Source: the human T2T-CHM13v2.0 reference genome, Homo sapiens
DNA: 64,000 bases
NCBI RefSeq assembly: GCF_009914755.1
Contig: NC_060942.1
Reading direction: 5' to 3' (one strand)
Both the position numbers and the translations under genes were made by a program. The notes beneath the pieces were generated by a model. It saw nothing but the letters and a program-made list of their open reading frames with translations. It did not search any database and was not told where the DNA came from. This document shows, in pieces, positions 40,901 to 53,734 of the stretch. Each line of letters opens with the position of its first letter. Position 1 is the first letter of the stretch.

Positions 40901-43900
40901 TCATAGAGAAGTTTTGAAACGCTCTTTTTGTGGAATCTGCAAGTGGATATTTGGCTAGTTTTGAGGATTTCGTTGGAAGCGGGAATTCATACAAATTGCA
41001 GACTGCAGCGTTCTGAGAAACATCTTTGTGATGTTTGTATTCAGGACACAGATTTGAACATTCCCTATCATAGAGCAGGTTTGAATCACTCCTTTTGTAG
41101 TATCTGGAAGTGGACATTTGGAGCGCTTTCAGGCCTATGTTGGAAAAGGAAATATCTTCCCATAACAACTAGACAGAAGCATTCTCAGAAACTTATTTGA
41201 GATGTGTGTACTCAACTAAGAGAATTGAACCACCGTTTTGAAGGAGCAGTTTTGAAACACTCTTTTTCTGGAATCTGCAAGTGGATATTTGGCTAGCTTT
41301 GGGGATTTCGCTGGAAGCGGGAATACATATAAAAAGCACACAGCAGCGTTCTGAGAAACTGCTTTCTGATGTTTGCATTCAAGTCAAAAGTTGAACACTC
41401 CCTTTCATAGAGCAGTCTTGAAACACCCCTTTTGTAGTATCTGGAACTGGACTTTTGGAGCGATTTCAGGGCTAAGGTGAAAAAGGAAATATCTTCCCAT
41501 AAAAACTGGACAGAAGCATTCTCAGAAACTTGTTTATGCTGTATCTACTCAACTAACAAAGTTGAACCTTTCTTTTGATAGAGCAGTTTTGAAATGGTCT
41601 TTTTGTGGAATCTGCAAGTGGATATTTGGCTAGTTTTGAGGATTTCGTTGGAAGCGGGAATTCATACAAATTGCAGACTGCAGCGTTCTGAGAAACATCT
41701 TTGTGATGTTTGTATTCAGGACACAGAGTTGAACATTCCCTATCATAGAGCAGGTTGGAATCACTCCTTTTGTAGTATCTGGAAGTGGACATTTGGAGCG
41801 CTTTCAGGCCTATTTTGGAAAGGGAAATATCTTCCCGTAACAACTATGCAGAAGCATTCTCAGAAACTTGTTTGTGATGTGTGCCCTCTACTGACAGAGT
41901 TGAACCTTTCTTTTCATAGAGCAGTTTTGAAACACTCTTTTTGTAGAATCTGCAAGAGGATATTTGCATAGCTTTGAGGATTTCGTGGGAAACGGGATTG
42001 TCTTCAGGTAAAATCTAGACAGAAGCATTCTCAGAAACTTCTTTGGGATGTTTGCATTCAAGTCACAGAGTAGAACATTCCCTTTGGTAGAGCAGGTTTG
42101 AAACACTCTTTTTGTAGTATCTGGAAGTGGACATTTGGAGCGCTTTCAGGCCCATGTTGGAAAAGGAAATATCTTCCCGTAACAACTAGGCAGAAGCATT
42201 CTCAGAAACTTATTTGAGATGTGTGTACTCAACTAAGAGAATTGAACCACCGTTTTGAAGGAGCAGTTTTGAAACACTCTTTTTCTGGAATCTGCAAGAG
42301 TATATTTGCCTAGCCTTGAGGATTTCGTTGGAAACGGGATTGTCTTCAGAGAAAATCTAGACAGAAGCATTCTCAGAAACTTCTTTGGGATGTTTGCATT
42401 CAAGTCACAGAGTAGAACATTCCCTTTGGTAGAGCAGGTTTGAAACACTCTTTTTTTAGTATATGGAAGTGGACATTTGGAGCGCTTTCAGGCCTACGTT
42501 GGAAAAGGAAATATCTTCCCATAACAACTAGACAGAAGCATTCTCAGAAACTAGTTTCTGATGTGTGTCCTCAACTAACACAGTTGAACATTTCTTTAGA
42601 CAGAACAGTTTTGAAACACTCTTTTTGTGGAATCTGCAAGTGGCTATTTGGCTAGATTTGAGGATTTCGTTGGAAACGGGATTACATATAAAAAGCAGTC
42701 AGCAGCATTCTCAGAAAGTTCTTTGTGATGATTGCATTCAAGTCACAGAATTGAACATTCCCTTTCACAGAGCAGGTTTGAAACACTCTTTTTGTAGTGT
42801 GTGTAAGTGGACATTTGGAGCACTTACCGGCCTAAGGTGAAAAAGGAAATATCTTCCCATAAAAACTAGACAGAAGCATTCTCAGAAACTTACTCGTGAT
42901 GTGTGTCCTCAACTAAAGGAGTAGAACCTTTCTTTTCATAGAGAAGTTTTGAAACGCTCTTTTTGTGGAATCTGCAAGTGGATATTTGGCTAGTTTTGAG
43001 GATTTCGTTGGAAGCGGGAATTCATACAAATTGCAGACTGCAGCGTTCTGAGAAACATCTTTGTGATGTTTGTATTCAGGACACAGAGTTGAACATTCCC
43101 TATCATAGAGCAGGTTTGAATCACTCCTTTTGTAGTATCTGGAAGTGGACATTTGGAGCGCTTTCAGGCCTATGTTGGAAAAGGAAATATCTTCCCATAA
43201 CAACTAGACAGAAGCATTCTCAGAAACTTATTTGAGATGTGTGTACTCAACTAAGAGAATTGAACCACCGTTTTGAAGGAGCAGTTTTGAAACACTCTTT
43301 TTCTGGAATCTGCAAGTGGATATTTGGCTAGCTTTGGGGATTTCGCTGGAAGCGGGAATACATATAAAAAGCACACAGCAGCGTTCTGAGAAACTGCTTT
43401 CTGATGTTTGCATTCAAGTCAAAAGTTGAACACTCCCTTTCATAGAGCAGTCTTGAAACACCCCTTTTGTAGTATCTGGAACTGGACTTTTGGAGCGATT
43501 TCAGGGCTAAGGTGAAAAAGGAAATATCTTCCCATAAAAACTGGACAGAAGCATTCTCAGAAACTTGTTTATGCTGTATCTACTCAACTAACAAAGTTGA
43601 ACCTTTCTTTTGATAGAGCAGTTTTGAAATGGTCTTTTTGTGGAATCTGCAAGTGGATATTTGGCTAGTTTTGAGGATTTCGTTGGAAGCGGGAATTCAT
43701 ACAAATTGCAGACTGCAGCGTTCTGAGAAACATCTTTGTGATGTTTGTATTCAGGACACAGAGTTGAACATTCCCTATCATAGAGCAGGTTGGAATCACT
43801 CCTTTTGTAGTATCTGGAAGTGGACATTTGGAGCGCTTTCAGGCCTATTTTGGAAAGGGAAATATCTTCCCGTAACAACTATGCAGAAGCATTCTCAGAA

Positions 43901-44911
43901 ACTTGTTTGTGATGTGTGCCCTCTACTGACAGAGTTGAACCTTTCTTTTCATAGAGCAGTTTTGAAACACTCTTTTTGTAGAATCTGCAAGAGGATATTT
44001 GCATAGCTTTGAGGATTTCGTGGGAAACGGGATTGTCTTCAGGTAAAATCTAGACAGAAGCATTCTCAGAAACTTCTTTGGGATGTTTGCATTCAAGTCA
44101 CAGAGTAGAACATTCCCTTTGGTAGAGCAGGTTTGAAACACTCTTTTTGTAGTATCTGGAAGTGGACATTTGGAGCGCTTTCAGGCCCATGTTGGAAAGG
44201 GAAATATCTTCCCGTAACAACTAGGCAGAAGCATTCTCAGAAACTTATTTGAGATGTGTGTACTCAACTAAGAGAATTGAACCACCGTTTTGAAGGAGCA
44301 GTTTTGAAACACTCTTTTTCTGGAATCTGCAAGAGTATATTTGCCTAGCCTTGAGGATTTCGTTGGAAACGGGATTGTATTCAGAGAAAATCTAGACAGA
44401 AGCATTCTCAGAAACTTCTTTGGGATGTTTGCATTCAAGTCACAGAGTAGAACATTCCCTTTGGTAGAGCAGGTTTGAAACACTCTTTTTTTAGTATATG
44501 GAAGTGGACATTTTGATCGCTTTCAGGCCTACGTTGGAAAAGGAAATATCTTCCCATAACAACTAGACAGAAGCATTCTCAGAAACTAGTTTCTGATGTG
44601 TGCCCTCAACTAACACAGTTGAACATTTCTATAGACAGAACAGTTTTGAAACACTCTTTTTGTGGAATCTGCAAGTGGCTATTTGGCTAGATTTGAGGAT
44701 TTCGTTGGAAACGGGATTACATATAAAAAGCAGTCAGCAGCATTCTCAGAAAGTTCTTTGTGATGATTGCATTCAAGTCACAGAATTGAACATTCCCTTT
44801 CACAGAGCAGGTTTGAAACACGCTTTTTGTAGTGTGTGTAAGTGGACATTTGGAACCCTTACCGGCCTAAGGTGAAAAAGGAAATATCTTCCCATAAAAA
44901 CTAGACAGAAG

Positions 44912-46271
44912 CATTCTCAGAAACTTACTCGTGATGTGTGTCCTCAACTAAAGGAGTGGAACCTTTCTTTTCATAGAGAAGTTTTGAAACGCTCTTTTTG
45001 TGGAATCTGCAAGTGGATATTTGGCTAGTTTTGAGGATTTCGTTGGAAGCGGGAATTCATACAAATTGCAGACTGCAGCGTTCTGAGAAACATCTTTGTG
45101 ATGTTTGTATTCAGGACACAGAGTTGAACATTCCCTATCATAGAGCAGGTTGGAATCACTCCTTTTGTAGTATCTGGAAGTGGACATTTGGAGCGCTTTC
45201 AGGTCTATTTTGGAAAGGGAAATATCTTCCCGTAACAACTATGCAGAAGCATTCTCAGAAACTTGTTTGTGATGTGTGCCCTCTACTGACAGAGTTGAAC
45301 CTTTCTTTTCATAGAGCAGTTTTGAAACACTCTTTTTGTAGAATCTGCAAGAGGATATTTGCATAGCTTTGAGGATTTCGTGGGAAACGGGATTGTCTTC
45401 AGGTAAAATCTAGACAGAAGCATTCTCAGAAACTTCTTTGGGATGTTTGCATTCAAGTCACAGAGTAGAACATTCCCTTTGGTAGAGCAGGTTTGAAACA
45501 CTCTTTTTGTAGTATCTGGAAGTGGACATTTGGAGCGCTTTCAGGCCCATGTTGGAAAAGGAAATATCTTCCCGTAACAACTAGGCAGAAGCATTCTCAG
45601 AAACTTATTTGAGATGTGTGTACTCAACTAAGAGAATTGAACCACCGTTTTGAAGGAGCAGTTTTGAAACACTCTTTTTCTGGAATCTGCAAGAGTATAT
45701 TTGCCTAGCCTTGAGGATTTCGTTGGAAACGGGATTGTCTTCAGAGAAAATCTAGACAGAAGCATTCTCAGAAACTTCTTTGGGATGTTTGCATTCAAGT
45801 CACAGAGTAGAACATTCCCTTTGGTAGAGCAGGTTTGAAACACTCTTTTTTTAGTATATGGAAGTGGACATTTTGATCGCTTTCAGGCCTACGTTGGAAA
45901 AGGAAATATCTTCCCATAACAACTAGACAGAAGCATTCTCAGAAACTAGTTTCTGATGTGTGTCCTCAACTAACACAGTTGAACATTTCTTTAGACAGAA
46001 CAGTTTTGAAACACTCTTTTTGTGGAATCTGCAAGTGGCTATTTGGCTAGATTTGAGGATTTCGTTGGAAACGGGATTACATATAAAAAGCAGTCAGCAG
46101 CATTCTCAGAAAGTTCTTTGTGATGATTGCATTCAAGTCACAGAATTGAACATTCCCTTTCACAGAGCAGGTTTGAAACACTCTTTTTGTAGTGTGTGTA
46201 AGTGGACATTTGGAGCACTTACCGGCCTAAGGTGAAAAAGGAAATATCTTCCCATAAAAACTAGACAGAAG
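44912..46271 (+). repeat. 8-mer HOR variant (1360 bp), skipping 675 bp through an m1-2/m5-6 fusion
   Basis: ORF spacing 44948 to 46308 is 1360. The m1 start runs directly into the m6-type end (TATTTTGGAAAGGG...ACTATGCAG) and then m7. Confidence 0.95.
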
Positions 46272-49200
46272 CATTCTCAGAAACTTACTCGTGATGTGTG
46301 TCCTCAACTAAAGGAGTAGAACCTTTCTTTTCATAGAGAAGTTTTGAAACGCTCTTTTTGTGGAATCTGCAAGTGGATATTTGGCTAGTTTTGAGGATTT
46401 CGTTGGAAGCGGGAATTCATACAAATTGCAGACTGCAGCGTTCTGAGAAACATCTTTGTGATGTTTGTATTCAGGACACAGATTTGAACATTCCCTATCA
46501 TAGAGCAGGTTTGAATCACTCCTTTTGTAGTATCTGGAAGTGGACATTTGGAGCGCTTTCAGGCCTATGTTGGAAAAGGAAATATCTTCCCATAACAACT
46601 AGACAGAAGCATTCTCAGAAACTTATTTGAGATGTGTGTACTCAACTAAGAGAATTGAACCACCGTTTTGAAGGAGCAGTTTTGAAACACTCTTTTTCTG
46701 GAATCTGCAAGTGGATATTTGGCTAGCTTTGGGGATTTCGCTGGAAGCCGGAATACATATAAAAAGCATACAGCAGCGTTCTGAGAAACTGCTTTCTGAT
46801 GTTTGCATTCAAGTCAAAAGTTGAACACTCCCTTTCATAGAGCAGTCCTGAAACACTCCTTTTGTAGTATCTGGAACTGGACTTTTGGAGCGCTTTCAGG
46901 GCTAAGGTGAAAAAGGAAATATCTTCCCATAAAAACTGGACAGAAGCATTCTCAGAAACTTGTTTATGCTGTATCTACTCTACTAACAAAGTTGAACCTT
47001 TCTTTTGATAGAGCAGTTTTGAAATGCTCTTTTTGTGGAATCTGCAAGTGGATATTTGGCTAGATTTGAGGATTTCGTTGGAAGCTGGAATTCATACAAA
47101 TTGCAGACTGCAGCGTTCTGAGAAACATCTTTGTGATGTTTGTATTCAGGACACAGAGTTGAACATTCCCTATCATAGAGCAGGTTGGAATCACTCCTTT
47201 TGTAGTATCTGGAAGTGGACATTTGGAGCGCTTTCAGGCCTATGTTGAAAAAGGAAATATCTTCCCATAACAACTAGACACAAGCATTCTCAGAAACTTG
47301 TTTGTGATGTGTGCCCTCTACTGACAGATTTGAACCTTTCTTTTCATAGAGCAGTTTTGAAACACTCTTTTTGTAGAATCTGGAAGAGGATATTTGCATA
47401 GCTTTGAGGATTTCGTGGGAAACGGGATTGTCTTCAGGTAAAATCTAGACAGAAGCATTCTCAGAAACTTCTTTGGGATGTTTGCATTCAAGTCACAGAG
47501 TAGAACATTCCCTTTGGTAGAGCAGGTTTGAAACACTCTTTTTGTAGTATCTGGAAGTGGACATTTGGAGCGCTTTCAGGCCCATGTTGGAAAAGGAAAT
47601 ATCTTCCTGTAACAACTAGGCAGAAGCATTCTCAGAAACTTATTTGAGATGTGTGTACTCAACTAAGAGAATTGAACCACCGTTTTGAAGGAGCAATTTT
47701 GAAACACTCTTTTTCTGGAATCTGCAAGAGTATATTTGCCTAGCCTTGAGGATTTCGTTGGAAACGGGATTGTCTTCAGAGAAAATCTAGACAGAAGCAT
47801 TCTCAGAAACTTCTTTGGGATGTTTGCATTCAAGTCATAGAGTAGAACATTCACTTTGGTAGAGCAGGTTTGAAACACTCTTTTTTTAGTGTATGGAAGT
47901 GGACATTTTGATCGCTTTCAGGCCTACGTTGGAAAAGGAAATATCTTCCCATAACAACTAGACAGAAGCATTCTCAGAAACTAGTTTCTGATGTGTGTCC
48001 TCAACTAACACAGTTGAACATTTCTTTAGACAGAACAGTTTTGAAACACTCTTTTTGTGGAATCTGCAAGTGGCTATTTGGCTAGATTTGAGGATTTCGT
48101 TGGAAACGGGATTACATATAAAAAGCAGTCAGCAGCATTCTCAGAAAGTTCTTTGTGATGATTGCATTCAAGTCACAGAATTGAACATTCCCTTTCACAG
48201 AGCAGGTTTGAAACACTCTTTTTGTAGTGTGTGTAAGTGGACATTTGGAGCGCTTTCCGGCCTAAGGTGAAAAAGGAAATATCTTCCCATAAAAACTAGA
48301 CAGAAGCATTCTCAGAAACTTACTCGTGATGTGTGTCCTCAACTAAAGGAGTAGAACCTTTCTTTTCATAGAGAAGTTTTGAAACGCTCTTTTTGTGGAA
48401 TCTGCAAGTGGATATTTGGCTAGTTTTGAGGATTTCGTTGGAAGCGGGAATTCATACAAATTGCAGACTGCAGCGTTCTGAGAAACATCTTTGTGATGTT
48501 TGTATTCAGGACACAGAGTTGAACATTCCCTATCATAGAGCAGGTTTGAATCACTCCTTTTGTAGTATCTGGAAGTGGACATTTGGAGCGCTTTCAGGCC
48601 TATGTTGGAAAAGGAAATATCTTCCCATAACAACTAGACAGAAGCATTCTCAGAAACTTATTTGAGATGTGTGTACTCAACTAAGAGAATTGAACCACCG
48701 TTTTGAAGGAGCAGTTTTGAAACACTCTTTTTCTGGAATCTGCAAGTGGATATTTGGCTAGCTTTGGGGATTTCGCTGGAAGCGGGAATACATATAAAAA
48801 GCACACAGCAGCGTTCTGAGAAACTGCTTTCTGATGTTTGCATTCAAGTCAAAAGTTGAACACTCCCTTTCATAGAGCAGTCTTGAAACACCCCTTTTGT
48901 AGTATCTGGAACTGGACTTTTGGAGCGATTTCAGGGCTAAGGTGAAAAAGGAAATATCTTCCCATAAAAACTGGACAGAAGCATTCTCAGAAACTTGTTT
49001 ATGCTGTATCTACTCAACTAACAAAGTTGAACCTTTCTTTTGATAGAGCAGTTTTGAAATGGTCTTTTTGTGGAATCTGCAAGTGGATATTTGGCTAGTT
49101 TTGAGGATTTCGTTGGAAGCGGGAATTCATACAAATTGCAGACTGCAGCGTTCTGAGAAACATCTTTGTGATGTTTGTATTCAGGACACAGAGTTGAACA

Positions 49201-52200
49201 TTCCCTATCATAGAGCAGGTTGGAATCACTCCTTTTGTAGTATCTGGAAGTGGACATTTGGAGCGCTTTCAGGCCTATTTTGGAAAGGGAAATATCTTCC
49301 CGTAACAACTATGCAGAAGCATTCTCAGAAACTTGTTTGTGATGTGTGCCCTCTACTGACAGAGTTGAACCTTTCTTTTCATAGAGCAGTTTTGAAACAC
49401 TCTTTTTGTAGAATCTTCAAGAGGATATTTGCATAGCTTTGAGGATTTCGTGGGAAACGGGATTGTCTTCAGGTAAAATCTAGACAGAAGCATTCTCAGA
49501 AACTTCTTTGGGATGTTTGCATTCAAGTCACAGAGTAGAACATTCCCTTTGGTAGAGCAGGTTTGAAACACTCTTTTTGTAGTATCTGGAAGTGGACATT
49601 TGGAGCGCTTTCAGGCCTATGTTGGAAAGGGAAATATCTTCCCGTAACAACTAGGCAGAAGCATTCTCAGAAACTTATTTGAGATGTGTGTACTCAACTA
49701 AGAGAATTGAACCACCGTTTTGAAGGAGCAGTTTTGAAACAGTCTTTTTCTGGAATCTGCAAGAATATATTTGCCTAGCCTTGATGATTTCGTTGGAAAC
49801 GGGATTGTATTCAGATAAAATCTAGACAGAAGCATTCTCAGAAACTTCTTTGGGATGTTTGCATTCAAGTCACAGAGTAGAACATTCCCTTTGGTAGAGC
49901 AGGTTTGAAACACTCTTTTTTTAGTATATGGAAGTGGACATTTTGATCGCTTTCAGGCCTACGTTGGAAAAGGAAATATCTTCCCATAACAACTAGACAG
50001 AAGCATTCTCAGAAACTAGTTTCTGATGTGTGTCCTCAACTAACACAGTTGAACATTTCTATAGACAGAACAGTTTTGAAACACTCTTTTTGTGGAATCT
50101 GCAAGTGGTATTTGGCTAGATTTGAGGATTTCGTTGGAAACGGGATTACATATAAAAAGCAGTCAGCAGCATTCTCAGAAAGTTCTTTGTGATGATTGCA
50201 TTCAAGTCACAGAATTGAACATTCCCTTTCACAGAGCAGGTTTGAAACACTCTTTTTGTAGTGTGTGTAAGTGGACATTTGGAACCCTTACCGGCCTAAG
50301 GTGAAAAAGGAAATATCTTCCCATAAAAACTAGACAGAAGCATTCTCAGAAACTTACTCGTGATGTGTGTCCTCAACTAAAGGAGTAGAACCTTTCTTTT
50401 CATAGAGAAGTTTTGAAACGCTCTTTTTGTGGAATCTGCAAGTGGATATTTGGCTAGTTTTGAGGATTTCGTTGGAAGCGGGAATTCATACAAATTGCAG
50501 ACTGCAGCGTTCTGAGAAACATCTTTGTGATGTTTGTATTCAGGACACAGAGTTGAACATTCCCTATCATAGAGCAGGTTTGAATCACTCCTTTTGTAGT
50601 ATCTGGAAGTGGACATTTGGAGCGCTTTCAGGCCTATGTTGGAAAAGGAAATATCTTCCCATAACAACTAGACAGAAGCATTCTCAGAAACTTATTTGAG
50701 ATGTGTGTACTCAAGTAAGAGAATTGAACCACCGTTTTGAAGGAGCAGTTTTGAAACACTCTTTTTCTGGAATCTGCAAGTGGATATTTGGCTAGCTTTG
50801 GGGATTTCGCTGGAAGCGGGAATACATATAAAAAGCATACAGCAGCGTTCTGAGAAACTGCTTTCTGATGTTTGCATTCAAGTCAAAAGTTGAACACTCC
50901 CTTTCATAGAGCAGTCCTGAAACACTCCTTTTGTAGTATCTGGAACTGGACTTTTGGAGCGCTTTCAGGGCTAAGGTGAAAAAGGAAATATCTTCCCATA
51001 AAAACTGGACAGAAGCATTCTCAGAAACTTGTTTATGCTGTATCTACTCTACTAACAAAGTTGAACCTTTCTTTTGATAGAGCAGTTTTGAAATGCTCTT
51101 TTTGTGGAATCTGCAAGTGGATATTTGGCTAGATTTGAGGATTTCGTTGGAAGCTGGAATTCATACAAATTGCAGACTGCAGCGTTCTGAGAAACATCTT
51201 TGTGATGTTTGTATTCAGGACACAGAGTTGAACATTCCCTATCATAGAGCAGGTTGGAATCACTCCTTTTGTAGTATCTGGAAGTGGACATTTGGAGCGC
51301 TTTCAGGCCTATGTTGAAAAAGGAAATATCTTCCCATAACAACTAGACACAAGCATTCTCAGAAACTTGTTTGTGATGTGTGCCCTCTACTGACAGAGTT
51401 GAACCTTTCTTTTCATAGAGCAGTTTTGAAACACTCTTTTTGTAGAATCTGCAAGAGGATATTTGCATAGCTTTGAGGATTTCGTGGGAAACGGGATTGT
51501 CTTCAGGTAAAATCTAGACAGAAGCATTCTCAGAAACTTCTTTGGGATGTTTGCATTCAAGTCACAGAGTAGAACATTCCCTTTGGTAGAGCAGGTTTGC
51601 AACACTCTTTTTGTAGTATCTGGAAGTGGACATTTGGAGCGCTTTCAGGCCTATGTTGGAAAGGTAAATATCTTCCAGTAACAACTAGGCAGAAGCATTC
51701 TCAGAAACTTATTTGAGATGTGTGTACTCAACTAAGAGAATTGAACCACCGTTTTGAAGGAGCAGTTTTGAAACACTCTTTTTCTGGAATCTGCAAGAGT
51801 ATATTTGCCTAGCCTTGAGGATTTCGTTGGAAACGGGATTGTATTCAGATAAAATCTAGACAGAAGCATTCTCAGAAACTTCTTTGGGATGTTTGTATTC
51901 AAGTCACAGAGTAGAACATTCCCTTTGGTAGAGCAGGTTTGAAACACTCTTTTTTTAGTATATGGAAGTGGACATTTTGATCGCTTTCAGGCCTACGTTG
52001 GAAAGGGAAATATCTTCCCATAACAACTAGACAGAAGCATTCTCAGAAACTAGTTTCTGATGTGTGTCCTCAACTAACACAGTTGAACATTTCTATAGAC
52101 AGAACAGTTTTGAAACACTCTTTTTGTGGAATCTGCAAGTGGCTATTTGGCTAGATTTGAGGATTTCGTTGGAAACGGGATTACATATAAAAAGCAGTCA

Positions 52201-52375
52201 GCAGCATTCTCAGAAAGTTCTTTGTGATGATTGCATTCAAGTCACAGAATTGAACATTCCCTTTCACAGAGCAGGTTTGAAACACTCTTTTTGTAGTGTG
52301 TGTAAGTGGACATTTGGAACCCTTACCGGCCTAAGGTGAAAAAGGAAATATCTTCCCATAAAAACTAGACAGAAG
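46272..52375 (+). repeat. Three 12-mer HORs (2035, 2034, 2035 bp) of mixed haplotype
   Basis: Unit starts at 46272, 48307 and 50341; a 1-bp deletion (GTGGTATTTGG) lies near 50109. Confidence 0.93.
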
Positions 52376-53734
52376 CATTCTCAGAAACTTACTCGTGATG
52401 TGTGTCCTCAACTAAAGGAGTAGAACCTTTCTTTTCATAGAGAAGTTTTGAAACGCTCTTTTTGTGGAATCTGCAAGTGGATATTTGGCTAGTTTTGAGG
52501 ATTTCGTTGGAAGCGGGAATTCATACAAATTGCAGACTGCAGCGTTCTGAGAAACATCTTTGTGATGTTTGTATTCAGGACACAGAGTTGAACATTCCCT
52601 ATCATAGAGCAGGTTGGAATCACTCCTTTTGTAGTATCTGGAAGTGGACATTTGGAGCGCTTTCAGGCCTATTTTGGAAAGGGAAATATCTTCCCGTAAC
52701 AACTATGCAGAAGCATTCTCAGAAACTTGTTTGTGATGTGTGCCCTCTACTGACAGAGTTGAACCTTTCTTTTCATAGAGCAGTTTTGAAACACTCTTTT
52801 TGTAGAATCTTCAAGAGGATATTTGCATAGCTTTGAGGATTTCGTGGGAAACGGGATTGTCTTCAGGTAAAATCTAGACAGAAGCATTCTCAGAAACTTC
52901 TTTGGGATGTTTGCATTCAAGTCACAGAGTAGAACATTCCCTTTGGTAGAGCAGGTTTGAAACACTCTTTTTGTAGTATCTGGAAGTGGACATTTGGAGC
53001 GCTTTCAGGCCTATGTTGGAAAGGGAAATATCTTCCCGTAACAACTAGGCAGAAGCATTCTCAGAAACTTATTTGAGATGTGTGTACTCAACTAAGAGAA
53101 TTGAACCACCGTTTTGAAGGAGCAGTTTTGAAACAGTCTTTTTCTGGAATCTGCAAGAATATATTTGCCTAGCCTTGATGATTTCGTTGGAAACGGGATT
53201 GTATTCAGATAAAATCTAGACAGAAGCATTCTCAGAAACTTCTTTGGGATGTTTGCATTCAAGTCACAGAGTAGAACATTCCCTTTGGTAGAGCAGGTTT
53301 GAAACACTCTTTTTTTAGTATATGGAAGTGGACATTTTGATCGCTTTCAGGCCTACGTTGGAAAAGGAAATATCTTCCCATAACAACTAGACAGAAGCAT
53401 TCTCAGAAACTAGTTTCTGATGTGTGTCCTCAACTAACACAGTTGAACATTTCTATAGACAGAACAGTTTTGAAACACTCTTTTTGTGGAATCTGCAAGT
53501 GGTATTTGGCTAGATTTGAGGATTTCGTTGGAAACGGGATTACATATAAAAAGCAGTCAGCAGCATTCTCAGAAAGTTCTTTGTGATGATTGCATTCAAG
53601 TCACAGAATTGAACATTCCCTTTCACAGAGCAGGTTTGAAACACTCTTTTTGTAGTGTGTGTAAGTGGACATTTGGAACCCTTACCGGCCTAAGGTGAAA
53701 AAGGAAATATCTTCCCATAAAAACTAGACAGAAG
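52376..53734 (+). repeat. 8-mer HOR variant (1359 bp)
   Basis: ORF spacing 52412 to 53771 is 1359; same m1-2/m5-6 fusion plus the 1-bp deletion near 53503. Confidence 0.95.

Larger units (their letters stand above)
142..44911 (+). repeat. Homogeneous block of 22 consecutive full-length 12-mer HORs
   Basis: Exact 2035-bp spacing of the ORF track from 178 to 44948 with no net indels; units differ only by scattered SNVs. Confidence 0.97.
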
